A stretch of 64,000 nt of DNA from NCBI GenBank assembly GCA_964016885.1, contig OZ024742.1, positions 371,194,001 to 371,258,000 of the forward strand. Direction: 5' to 3'. Positions within the stretch are counted from its first letter, which is position 1. Every line of letters begins with the position of its first letter. Shown one piece after another: positions 54,515 through 64,000 of the stretch. The notes under the pieces are model-generated. The model saw only the letters and a program-made list of their open reading frames with translations, made no database searches and had not been told where the DNA came from. The position numbers were made by a program, and so were the translations under genes. This DNA is from Eledone cirrhosa. Its lineage: Eukaryota.

Positions 54515-54950
54515 ATCGGCAGAATCGGTAGTGTCGGACAAAATGCTTTGCAGTATTTAGTTACGGCTCATTATGAGTTGAAATCCCTCAGAGGTTAACT
54601 TTGCCTTTCATCCTTCCAAGGTTGATAAAATAAAGAACCAGTTAACCCTTTTATGGCCATATTTCTAATGAAACACACTCTATTTCAATTAATTAATGAG
54701 GAATTTTGAGGGATTTACTAAAATTATTATTTCATTACTAAGATAGTAACTTAATGTAAGGTTCTTATATAAAATTATGTTGGAAGATTTTAGTTTAAAT
54801 TGGAAACCCTTTAAAATGGGGTCGTTTTATTTCATAGAACCAGAGCTGGTTTTAGCTGGGTTGGTAACTAAAGGGTTAATATACTGGGGTCAATATAATT
54901 GATTTTTTTTTTTTTTTTTTTTTTTCCCCCCTCTTCAAAATTGTTTGCTT
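54515..54950 (+). mobile_element. SINE with Deu/Nin-like central domain, split by the MITE at 54646-54875
   Basis: AACTTTGCCTTTCATCCTTCCAAGGTTGATAAAATAAAGAACCAG[MITE]TATACTGGGGTCAATATAATT. An uninterrupted relative lies at 57325-57462. The domain name is recalled from memory. Confidence 0.7.
54646..54875 (+). mobile_element. Intact 230-bp piggyBac-like MITE with TTAA target-site duplication; source family of the 48-bp satellite
   Basis: TTAA (54642-54645)|CCCTTT...AAAGGG|TTAA (54876-54879). The related SINE near 57386 shows an empty site with a single TTAA (ACCAGTTAAATACTGG). No ORF. Confidence 0.9.
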
Positions 54951-54980
54951 TAAATTATAAACCATTCTTATTATATTTAG

Positions 54981-55099
54981 GTCATTCTCTCACTCAATTT
55001 GTGTTGCATTGTGCGGAGAATTACCTGTGCAGTCGATCCAAGAAAATCCGGTCTGAAGCAATCCGTACCTGTGCAAGACTTTTGATCCCATTATTAACC
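54981..55099 (+). CDS. MTOR: mTOR internal exon F (119 nt): HSLTQFVLHCAENYLCSRSKKIRSEAIRTCARLLIPLLT
   Basis: atttag| and |gtaagt. Matches human GHSLTQFVRHCADHFL...IRMEAARTCSRLL. Confidence 0.97.
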
Positions 55100-55820
55100 G
55101 TAAGTAAATTTCCCCGTCTTTCGTGTTTTACAGTCTTACATACATTTTTCCCCTCATGTTGTTTAATCCTTACATTCCTGCTCTCCCATTAGGGCGCCAG
55201 TATAAGGGAGTGATCTAAATTCCTTGAAAATAGTGCCCTAGCATTACCAGAGTCTAATGACTGAAACCAGTAAAAGAATAAAAGACTAGACATCCTTGCT
55301 ACCCCCACTTTAAAATGCCACCTGACTGTTTGGTATGAAGCCATTCACTAATGCACTCTGGCCATTAGCTTACAGACATTCCCGTCTCTGTCTTCTACTT
55401 CATCTACTGCTATAACAGCTATTGCTCCTCAGTGGTGTTCTGGTTTCCTGCTGACCCACACAGACGTACCTGACTTGCTCATTTCCCTTCCTCTTGACAT
55501 CCATATTGTGTTCACTGGAACATATGTAGTCTTGGGTCCCAAATAATAAGGGAGGGTGGGTTGGAATATTGGGAATTTTTCTAGGTTGTCTCCATTGATT
55601 TAAAAAAAAAAACAGAATTAGTCATTTAGTTTACATATTGAGACCCCAACCCATCCTATTTATTCTATAACATATGGGATTTCTAGTAATGTACTTTTTT
55701 TGTTGTGTATAATCTTTTTTAATGTCTAAAGAAAATTGTCACAGGAATACTACCACTTAAAATAAAATTTTGCCAGAGATAAATTAACAAAATTTAATAA
55801 GAGTGGGGGATTTGTAATTA

Positions 55821-56240
55821 ATAAGAACGGGATGGAAGAAGTTCAGGGAGCTACTGCTAGCTGCAAAAGGCTTTTCCCTCAAAATGAAAGGCAGACTGTA
55901 TGATGCGTGTATCCGAACAGCAATGTTACATGGTAGTGAGACCTGGGCGCTGTCTGTGGAAGACTTGCATAGATTAGAAAGAAACGAAGCCTGCATGCTC
56001 CAAAGGATGTGTAATAGTAATATATGCGAACGGCAAAGCATAATTGAATTGAGAGAGAGACTGAGCATAAGAGGAATCAAATGGTGTGTGCAGGAGAGGC
56101 GGTTGTATTGGTATGGACATGTAATGTGTATGAAGGATCACAGCTGCATAAAATAGTGCAGAGCAGTAGAAGTCGATGGAAACTGTGGAGTGGGGAGACC
56201 CAAGAAGACCTGGAATGAGGTGATAAAAGCCGACCTTACC
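55821..56240 (+). mobile_element. RTE-clade non-LTR retrotransposon, 5'-truncated and decayed ORF C-terminus
   Basis: Translates IRTGWKKFRELL...KGRLYDACIRTAMLHGSETW...RRLYWYGHVM...*...GRPKKTW, with the YGSETW, RL.W.GHV and GRP..TW motifs typical of RTE elements. In-frame stop at 56154-56156. Confidence 0.9.
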
Positions 56241-56349
56241 CAAAGACGATGACACACGACTGTGGCGTCACACAGTAATACAGAAGACCCGACTTCCCAC
56301 AGGTACAAGCCAAAGCTGAAGCATATAGACAATATGCCCCCACACCCTC

Positions 56350-56566
56350 CCACTGTAAAGTGGACGTGTAGGCGCCATGGAAAAAAGCACCCGGCACTCG
56401 CTGTAAATGAGGTTGGTGTTAGGAAGGGCATGCAGCTGTAGAAATCAAGCCAGAATCGGTTCCCATATGAGCAAGGCTTGGTCAGCCGACCGGACATTGC
56501 CCACAACAGGACAATCCGTCTAAGCCATGCTAGCGTGGAAGAACGGACGTAAAACGGTGATGATGA
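56350..56566 (+). mobile_element. SINE 3' part with (TGA)n tail following the RTE fragment
   Basis: Same family as 53518-53738; its 3' end matches the insert at 46986-47082. Confidence 0.85.
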
Positions 56567-56808
56567 AGCGGGGTTGGGGGATGATTATTTAAGACCCAAG
56601 AGTAAGCAAGACGATGTCCCTGACCCTTCTGCAAAGACTAACTTAAATTAACTTTTAACAGCATGTAATAATTCAGCAGAAAATATCTAAAAACTGGTCT
56701 GTTAATTCAAATGTTTATAGTATCTTTATTTGTGGACAGATCACTGAAAATTTACCACCATCTTGCATGAAAAAATGGACATTAAATTATTTGTGTATTT
56801 TTCATTAG

Positions 56809-56902
56809 GCTCTTGAAGGACAACAGAAGCATAGTATGAAGACAATGAACACAGTGGCAGATGTTTTGAAAAAATTACTTATAGTTGGGATCACAGATCC
56901 AG
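56809..56902 (+). CDS. MTOR: mTOR internal exon G (94 nt): ALEGQQKHSMKTMNTVADVLKKLLIVGITDP
   Basis: tttcattag| and |gtaagg. Matches human VADVLSKLLVVGITDP. Translated by hand. Confidence 0.96.
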
Positions 56903-56993
56903 GTAAGGAGCTTTCGATTTGTTTTTATTTTTATTATTTAGGATGAAAAAAAATAACTGTCCACGCAGTAAAAGGTTTACATTTAAATTTTTA

Positions 56994-57310
56994 GGGGGTT
57001 TTATGATAGGGACACCAGTCTCATATTATTGTAATTACAGTCTATACTTATATAGGATTAGCTGGCCTCCTGCGAGATTGCATTTCAAAGGAGGTTTTTA
57101 ATGTTTTAATGATAGGGACCCCAATCCTATCATGATGTTGAAGCTCACATCTATGAAAGTTTAACTGGACTTCTATAAAGTTGCATCTCATAGCTTCCTT
57201 GGGTGTTTTAATGACAGGGGCCCCAGTCCTTACAGTTCACACCTATGCAAGTGTAGCTGGCCACTTATGATGTAAGAGGTTTTGGGGGTGTTTTAATAAT
57301 AGGAGACTTT
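56994..57310 (-). repeat. About 4 loosely tandem copies of an unclassified repeat (GGGTGTTTTAATGATAGGGACCCCAGTCCT); opposite-strand copies near 51305, 51885, 53497 and 53866
   Basis: The motif recurs roughly every 90-110 bp; its reverse complement GGGGTCCCTATCATT is seen at the listed sites. Confidence 0.55.
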
Positions 57311-57324
57311 GTAGTCTTTAGTTG

Positions 57325-57462
57325 TATATGTTCTGACTTCAAATCCTCCCAAGATCAACCTCATTGTCATCCTTCCGAGGTCAATACCAGTTAAATACTG
57401 GTGTCAATATAATTTTGACTTCCCCCTTCCTCAAAATTGCTGACCTTGTGTTAAAATAAGAA
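57325..57462 (+). mobile_element. SINE (Deu/Nin-like) copy providing the empty TTAA site
   Basis: TCATCCTTCCGAGGTCAATACCAGTTAAATACTGGTGTCAATATAATT...CAAAATTGCTGACCTTGTG. Confidence 0.7.
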
Positions 57463-57507
57463 CGTTTTAAAAAATAGTTTCCTGATGTCTATTGTTTTCT
57501 GTTTCAG

Positions 57508-57713
57508 AACCCGAGATCCGCTATTGTGTTCTTTCTGTGCTAGATGAGCGCTTTGACCCACATCTTGCTCAGGCAGAGAACCTCAATGCTCTTTTTGTTG
57601 TTCTCAACGATGAAGTATTTGAGATACGGGAGCTTGCTATTTGCATAATTGGTCGTCTTAGCAACAGAAACCCTGCATATATTATGCCAACGTTACGGAA
57701 AACATTAATCCAG
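57508..57713 (+). CDS. MTOR: mTOR internal exon H (206 nt): [68 protein letters not shown]
   Basis: gtttcag| and |gtgaaa. Very close to human [44 protein letters not shown]. Confidence 0.98.
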
Positions 57714-57935
57714 GTGAAAATCTTTTATCAAATTCACATTGAGGTGGGTGTGTATGTGTAGATGAGTGGGGATGTATGTGTGTGCCTGAACAGGCATGTG
57801 TATGTGGGTGAGTGGCTGTGTGTGGATGGAAGGATGTTCCAAGTTGAAGGTCACCACAGTTTAGCACCTTCTCTCCCTTTCTCTATCTCCAAGATTTATG
57901 TACTTTATAAAAATATTTAAATTATTTTGTTGTAG

Positions 57936-58058
57936 ATTTTAACTGAACTTGAACACAGTGGAGTGGGCCGTAGCAAAGAACAGGCAGCTCGAGTGCTTGG
58001 CCACCTTGCTTCCAATGCTTCTCGCTTAATCAGACCATATGCAGAACCCATTCTCAAG
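57936..58058 (+). CDS. MTOR: mTOR internal exon I (123 nt): [41 protein letters not shown]
   Basis: ttgtag| and |gtattt. Matches human [41 protein letters not shown]. Translated by hand. Confidence 0.98.
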
Positions 58059-58151
58059 GTATTTACAACTTACTAATTTTTCTTCTAGCCCTTCAATACC
58101 AAACTGCCTGAAACCCTCCCTGGTTCTAAGATATAGAGTTGTGTGTGTTAA

Positions 58152-58353
58152 CCCTTTACCAATCCAGCCAAAACCAGCTCTGGTTCGATGAAATAAAATC
58201 TCCCTATTTTAAAGGTTTCCAATTTAAATGAATATCTTCCAACATAATTTTATATAAGAACCTTACATTAAGTTACAATCTTAGTAATGAAATAATTAAT
58301 AGTTTTAGAAAAAACCCTCAAAATTCTTCATTAATTAATTAAAATAGTGTATT
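58152..58353 (-). mobile_element. Inverted copy of the 54646-54875 MITE lacking its last ~30 bp, nested in a related MITE that starts near 58088
   Basis: TTAA|CCCTTTACCAATCCAGCCAAAACCAGCTCTGGTTC...ATTAATTAATTAAAATAGTGT is the reverse complement of about 54677-54875. The flanks (ATACCAAACTGCCTGAAAC...TATTTGTCTAAAAA) match the 50866 element. Confidence 0.85.
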
Positions 58354-58593
58354 TGTCTAAAAACTTTCCATCATAATTTGAAGAACCTTTATGTTCAATT
58401 TAACTAGCTTAATAAGTAAGTTAGGAAATTCCTCCAAATACTTGACTATTTTCAAATTAAGGGTACACATGTCTGTGGAATACTCAGCCACTGTCTATAA
58501 CATAATATGGACTGTACCTGTAATTCAATGGTCATTCCATGAGAGTATCTTGGTCAGCCTTTGTACTTTTCAGCCGACCCTCATACCAACCAT

Positions 58594-58679
58594 CTTAATG
58601 AAATTATAATTTTGATAAATCTTTCCCAAATTTTCAATAATTAATTAAAATATAAATATTTCATTGGAAATATGGTTAA
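58594..58679 (-). mobile_element. Degenerate MITE terminus directly preceding the 42-bp satellite
   Basis: TAATGAAATTATAATTTTGATAAATC...AAATTTTCAATAATTAATTAAAATA...TTTCATTGGAAATATGGTTAA resembles the MITE end. Confidence 0.65.
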
Positions 58680-61600
58680 TTTCATAAACCAGTTGTTTCT
58701 GTGATCAAACAAGTGGAACAGTTTCATGAACCAGCTGTATCAGTGATCAAACAAGTAGAACAGTTTCATGAACCAGTTGTTTCTGTGATCAAACAAGTGG
58801 AACAGTTTCATGAACCAGCTGTATCTGTGATCAAACAAGTGGAACAGTTTCATGAACCAGTTGTTACTGTGATCAAACAAGTAGAACAGTTTCATGAACC
58901 AGCTGTATCTGTGATCAAACAAGTAGAACAGTTTCATGAACCAGTTACTGTGATCAAACAAGTAGAACAGTTTCATGAACCAGCTGTATCTGTGATCAAA
59001 CAAGTGGAACAGTTTCATGAACCAGTTGTTTCTGTGATCAAACAAGTGGAACAGTTTCATGAACCAGTTGTTTCTGTGATCAAACAAGTGGAACAGTTTC
59101 ATGAACCAGTTGTTTCTGTGATCAAACAAGTGGAACAGTTTCATGAACCAGCTGTTCCTGTGATCAAACAAGTGTAACAGTTTCATGAACCAGCTGTTCC
59201 TGTAATCAAACAAGTGGAACAGTTTCATGAACCAGCTGTTCCTGTAATCAAACAAGTGGAACAGTTTCATGAACCAGCTGTTCCTGTAATCAAACAAGTG
59301 GAACAGTTTCATGAACCAGTTGTTCCTGTAATCAAACAAGTGGAACAGTTTCATGAACCAGCTGTTCTTGTAATCAAACAAGTGGAACAGTTTCATGAAC
59401 CAGCTGTTCTTGTAATCAAACAAGTAGAACAGTTTCATGAACCAGTTGTTTCCGTGATCAAACAAGTAGAACAGTTTCACGAACCAGTTGTTTCTGTGAT
59501 CAAACAAGTAGAACAGTTTCATGAACCAGTTGTTTCTGTGATCAAACAAGTAGAACAGTTTCATGAACCAGTTGTTTCTGTGATCAAACAAGTGGAACAG
59601 TTTCATGAACCAGCTGTTCCTGTGATCAAACAAGTGGAACAGTTTCATGAACCAGCTGTTCCTGTAATCAAACAAGTGGAACAGTTTCATGAAACAGCTG
59701 TTCTTGTAATCAAACAAGTATAACAGTTTCATGAACGAGTTGTTAATGTGATCAAACAAGTGGAACAGTTTCATGAACCAGTTGTTTCTCTGATCAAACA
59801 AGTGGAACAGTTTCATGAACCAGTTGTTTCTCTGATCAAACAAGTGGAACAGTTTCATGAACCAGTTGTTCCTGTGATCAAACAAGTGGAACAGTTTCAT
59901 GAACCAGTTATTCCTGTGATCAAACAAGTGGAACAGTTTCATGAACCAGTTATTCCTGTGATCAAACAAGTGGAACAGTTTCATGAACCAGTTGTTTCTG
60001 TGATCAAACAAGTGGAACAGTTTCATGAACCAGTTGTTCCTGTGATCAAACAAGTGGAACAGTTTCATGAACCAGCTGTTCCTGTAATCAAACAAGTGGA
60101 ACAGTTTCATGAACCAGCTGTTCCTGTAATCAAACAAGTGGAACAGTTTCATGAACCAGCTGTATCTGTGATCAAACAACTGGAACAGTTTCATAAACCA
60201 GTTGTTTCTGTGATCAAACAAGTAGAACAGTTTCATAAACCAGTTGTTTCTGTGATCAAACAAGTGGCACAGTTTCATAAATCAATTGTTTCTGTGATCA
60301 AACAAGTGGAACAGTTTCATGAACCAGTTGTTTCTGTGATCAAACAAGTGGAACAGTTTCATGAACCAGCTGTATCTGTGATCAAACAAGTGGAACAGTT
60401 TCATGAACCAGTTGTTACTGTGATCAAACAAGTAGAACAGTTTCATGAACCAGCTGTATCTGTGATCAAACAAGTAGAACAGTTTCATGAACCAGCTGTA
60501 TCTGTGATCAAACAAGTAGAACAGTTTCATGAACCAGTTACTGTGATCAAACAAGTAGAACAGTTTCATGAACCAGCTGTATCTGTGATCAAACAAGTGG
60601 AACAGTTTCATGAACCAGTTGTTTCTGTGATCAAACAAGTGGAACAGTTTCATGAACCAGTTGTTTCTGTGATCAAACAAGTGGAACAGTTTCATGAACC
60701 AGTTGTTTCTGTGATCAAACAAGTGGAACAGTTTCATGAACCAGTTGTTTCTGTGATCAAACAAGTGGAACAGTTTCATGAACCAGCTGTTCCTGTGATC
60801 AAACAAGTGTAACAGTTTCATGAACCAGCCGTTCCTGTGATCAAACAAGTGGAACAGTTTCATGAACCAGCTGTTCCTGTAATCAAACAAGTGGAACAGT
60901 TTCATGAACCAGCTGTTCCTGTAATCAAACAAGTAGAACAGTTTCATGAACAGTTGTTCCTGTAATCAAACAAGTGGAACAGTTTCATGAACCAGCTGTT
61001 CTTGTAATCAAACAAGTGGAACAGTTTCATGAACCAGCTGTTCTTGTAATCAAACAAGTGGAACAGTTTCATGAACCAGCTGTTCTTGTAATCAAACAAG
61101 TAGAACAGTTTCATGAACCAGTTGTTTCCGTGATCAAACAAGTAGAACAGTTTCATGAACCAGTTGTTTCTGTGATCAAACAAGTAGAACAGTTTCATGA
61201 ACCAGTTGTTTCTGTGATCAAACAAGTAGAACAGTTTCATGAACCAGTTGTTTCTGTGATCAAACAAGTAGAACAGTTTCATGAACCAGTTGTTTCTGTG
61301 ATCAAACAAGTGGAACAGTTTCATGAACCAGCTGTTCCTGTGATCAAACAAGTGGAACAGTTTCATGAACCAGCTGTTCCTGTAATCAAACAAGTGGAAC
61401 AGTTTCATGAACCAGCTGTTCTTGTAATCAAACAAGTATAACAGTTTCATGAACCAGTTGTTAATGTGATCAAACAAGTAGAACAGTTTCATGAACCAGC
61501 TGTTTCTGTGATCAAACAAGTGGAACAGTTTCATGAACCAGTTGTTTCTCTGATCAAACAAGTGGAACAGTTTCATGAACCAGTTGTTCCTGTGATCAAA

Positions 61601-64000
61601 CAAGTGGAACAGTTTCATGAACCAGCTGTTCCTGTAATCAAACAAGTGGAACAGTTTCATGAACCAGCTGTTCCTGTAATCAAACAAGTGGAACAGTTTC
61701 ATGAACCAGCTGTATCTGTGATCAAACAACTGGAACAGTTTCATAAACCAGTTGTTTCTGTGATCAAACAAGTAGAACAGTTTCATAAACCAGTTGTTTC
61801 TGTGATCAAACAAGTGGCACAGTTTCATAAATCAATTGTTTCTGTGATCAAACAAGTGGAACAGTTTCATGAACCAGTTGTTTCTGTGATCAAACAAGTG
61901 GAACAGTTTCATGAACCAGTTGTTACTGTGATCAAACAAGTGGAACAGTTTCATAAACCAGTTGTTTCTGTGATCAAACAAGTGGAACAGTTTCATGAAC
62001 CAGCCGTTCCTGTGATCAAACAAGTGGAACAGTTTCATGAACCAGCTGTTCCTGTGATCAAACAAGTGGAACAGTTTCATGAACCAGCTGTTCCTGTAAT
62101 CAAACAAGTGGAACAGTTTCATGAACAGTTGTTCCTGTAATCAAACAAGTGGAACAGTTTCATGAACCAGCTGTTCTTGTAATCAAACAAGCATAACAGT
62201 TTCATGAACCAGTTGTTTCTGTGATCAAACAAGCAGAACAGTTTCATGAACCAGTTGTATCTGTGATCAAACAAGTAGAACAGTTTCATGAACCAGCTGT
62301 ATCTGTGATCAAACAAGTAGAACAGTTTCATGAACCAGTTACTGTGATCAAACAAGTAGAACAGTTTCATGAACCAGCTGTATCTGTGATCAAACAAGTG
62401 GAACAGTTTCATGAACCAGTTGTTTCTGTGATCAAACAAGTGGAACAGTTTCATGAACCAGTTGTTTCTGTGATCAAACAAGTGGAACAGTTTCATGAAC
62501 CAGTTGTTTCTGTGATCAAACAAGTGGAACAGTTTCATGAACCAGCTGTTCCTGTGATCAAACAAGTGGAACAGTTTCATGAACCAGCTGTTCCTGTGAT
62601 CAAACAAGTGGAACAGTTTCATGAACCAGCTGTTCCTGTAATCAAACAAGTGGAACAGTTTCATGAACCAGCTGTTCCTGTAATCAAACAAGTGGAACAG
62701 TTTCATGAACAGTTGTTCCTGTAATCAAACAAGTGGAACAGTTTCATGAACCAGCTGTTCTTGTAATCAAACAAGTGGAACAGTTTCATGAACCAGCTGT
62801 TCTTGTAATCAAACAAGTGGAACAGTTTCATGAACCAGCTGTTCTTGTAATCAAACAAGTAGAACAGTTTCATGAACCAGTTGTTTCCGTGATCAAACAA
62901 GTAGAACAGTTTCATGAACCAGTTGTTTCTGTGATCAAACAAGTAGAACAGTTTCATGAACCAGTTGTTTCTGTGATCAAACAAGTAGAACAGTTTCATG
63001 AACCAGTTGTTTCTGTGATCAAACAAGTAGAACAGTTTCATGAACCAGTTGTTTCTGTGATCAAACAAGTAGAACAGTTTCATGAACCAGTTGTTTCTGT
63101 GATCAAACAAGTGGAACAGTTTCATGAACCAGCTGTTCCTGTGATCAAACAAGTGGAACAGTTTCATGAACCAGCTGTTCCTGTAATCAAACAAGTGGAA
63201 CAGTTTCATGAACCAGCTGTTCTTGTAATCAAACAAGTATAACAGTTTCATGAACCAGTTGTTAATGTGATCAAACAAGTAGAACAGTTTCATGAACCAG
63301 CTGTTTCTGTGATCAAACAAGTGGAACAGTTTCATGAACCAGTTGTTTCTCTGATCAAACAAGTGGAACAGTTTCATGAACCAGTTGTTCCTGTGATCAA
63401 ACAAGTGGAACAGTTTCATGAACCAGCTGTTCCTGTAATCAAACAAGTGGAACAGTTTCATGAACCAGCTGTTCCTGTAATCAAACAAGTGGAACAGTTT
63501 CATGAACCAGCTGTATCTGTGATCAAACAACTGGAACAGTTTCATAAACCAGTTGTTTCTGTGATCAAACAAGTAGAACAGTTTCATAAACCAGTTGTTT
63601 CTGTGATCAAACAAGTGGCACAGTTTCATAAATCAATTGTTTCTGTGATCAAACAAGTGGAACAGTTTCATGAACCAGTTGTTTCTGTGATCAAACAAGT
63701 GGAACAGTTTCATGAACCAGTTGTTACTGTGATCAAACAAGTGGAACAGTTTCATAAACCAGTTGTTTCTGTGATCAAACAAGTGGAACAGTTTCATGAA
63801 CCAGCTGTTCCTGTAATCAAACAAGTGGAACAGTTTCATGAACCAGCTGTTCCTGTAATCAAACAAGTGGAACAGTTTCATGAACAGTTGTTCCTGTAAT
63901 CAAACAAGTGGAACAGTTTCATGAACCAGCTGTTCTTGTAATCAAACAAGCATAACAGTTTCATGAACCAGTTGTTTCTGTGATCAAACAAGCAGAACAG
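58680..64000. repeat. Intronic tandem satellite, 42-bp monomer (GTGATCAAACAAGTGGAACAGTTTCATGAACCAGTTGTTTCT), about 127 copies, continues beyond the right edge
   Basis: Head-to-tail repetition read directly, with 39- and 41-bp deletion variants and recurrent substitutions. Confidence 0.99.

Noticed and set aside
55884-56156. 90-aa ORF as a host gene
   Set aside because: It is a decayed RTE retrotransposon fragment with an in-frame stop.
47740-58609. Other short ORFs in introns or antisense to mTOR exons
   Set aside because: No recognisable domains; they overlap SINEs, low-complexity DNA or the antisense strand of real exons.
58701-63899. Long ORFs on both strands (VIKQVEQFHEPVVS and MKLFHLFDHRNNWF repeats, up to 512 aa)
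   Set aside because: Translation artefacts of the 42-bp monomer. They are open on both strands, interrupted by stops and 41-bp frameshift variants, and located in an mTOR intron.
1-64000. Transcription-factor motif arrays (ATAAACA forkhead, TAATGA homeobox, TGACA, CANNTG E-boxes) in the monomers
   Set aside because: Short motifs are expected by chance in AT-rich units and are multiplied by tandem amplification; the sequence gives no evidence of binding.

Overview
AT-rich animal genomic DNA; the SINE/RTE/MITE repertoire resembles octopus/cephalopod repeats (inference). The window lies inside a + strand mTOR gene. Nine internal coding exons (47598-58058) with canonical AG/GT sites join by hand into one 1197-nt open frame covering N-terminal HEAT repeats, roughly human mTOR aa 373-777. 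Two tandem arrays flank them in introns: a >47.5 kb array of about 1,000 48-bp monomers (1-47547) and a >5.3 kb array of 42-bp monomers (58680-64000). All periodic ORFs in the track are artefacts of these arrays. Main observation: the 48-bp monomer corresponds to the TTAA-to-TTAA terminal segment of a piggyBac-type MITE, and intact and nested copies of that MITE sit in the neighbouring introns. The 42-bp array and a small 3-copy repeat also start at termini of this MITE family, suggesting that transposon ends repeatedly seed intronic satellites. The large array also shows multi-kb segmental duplications (including a 10,714-bp one), a diverged edge containing a SINE insertion, and a hairpin overlapping splice-site-like motifs in nearly every monomer.
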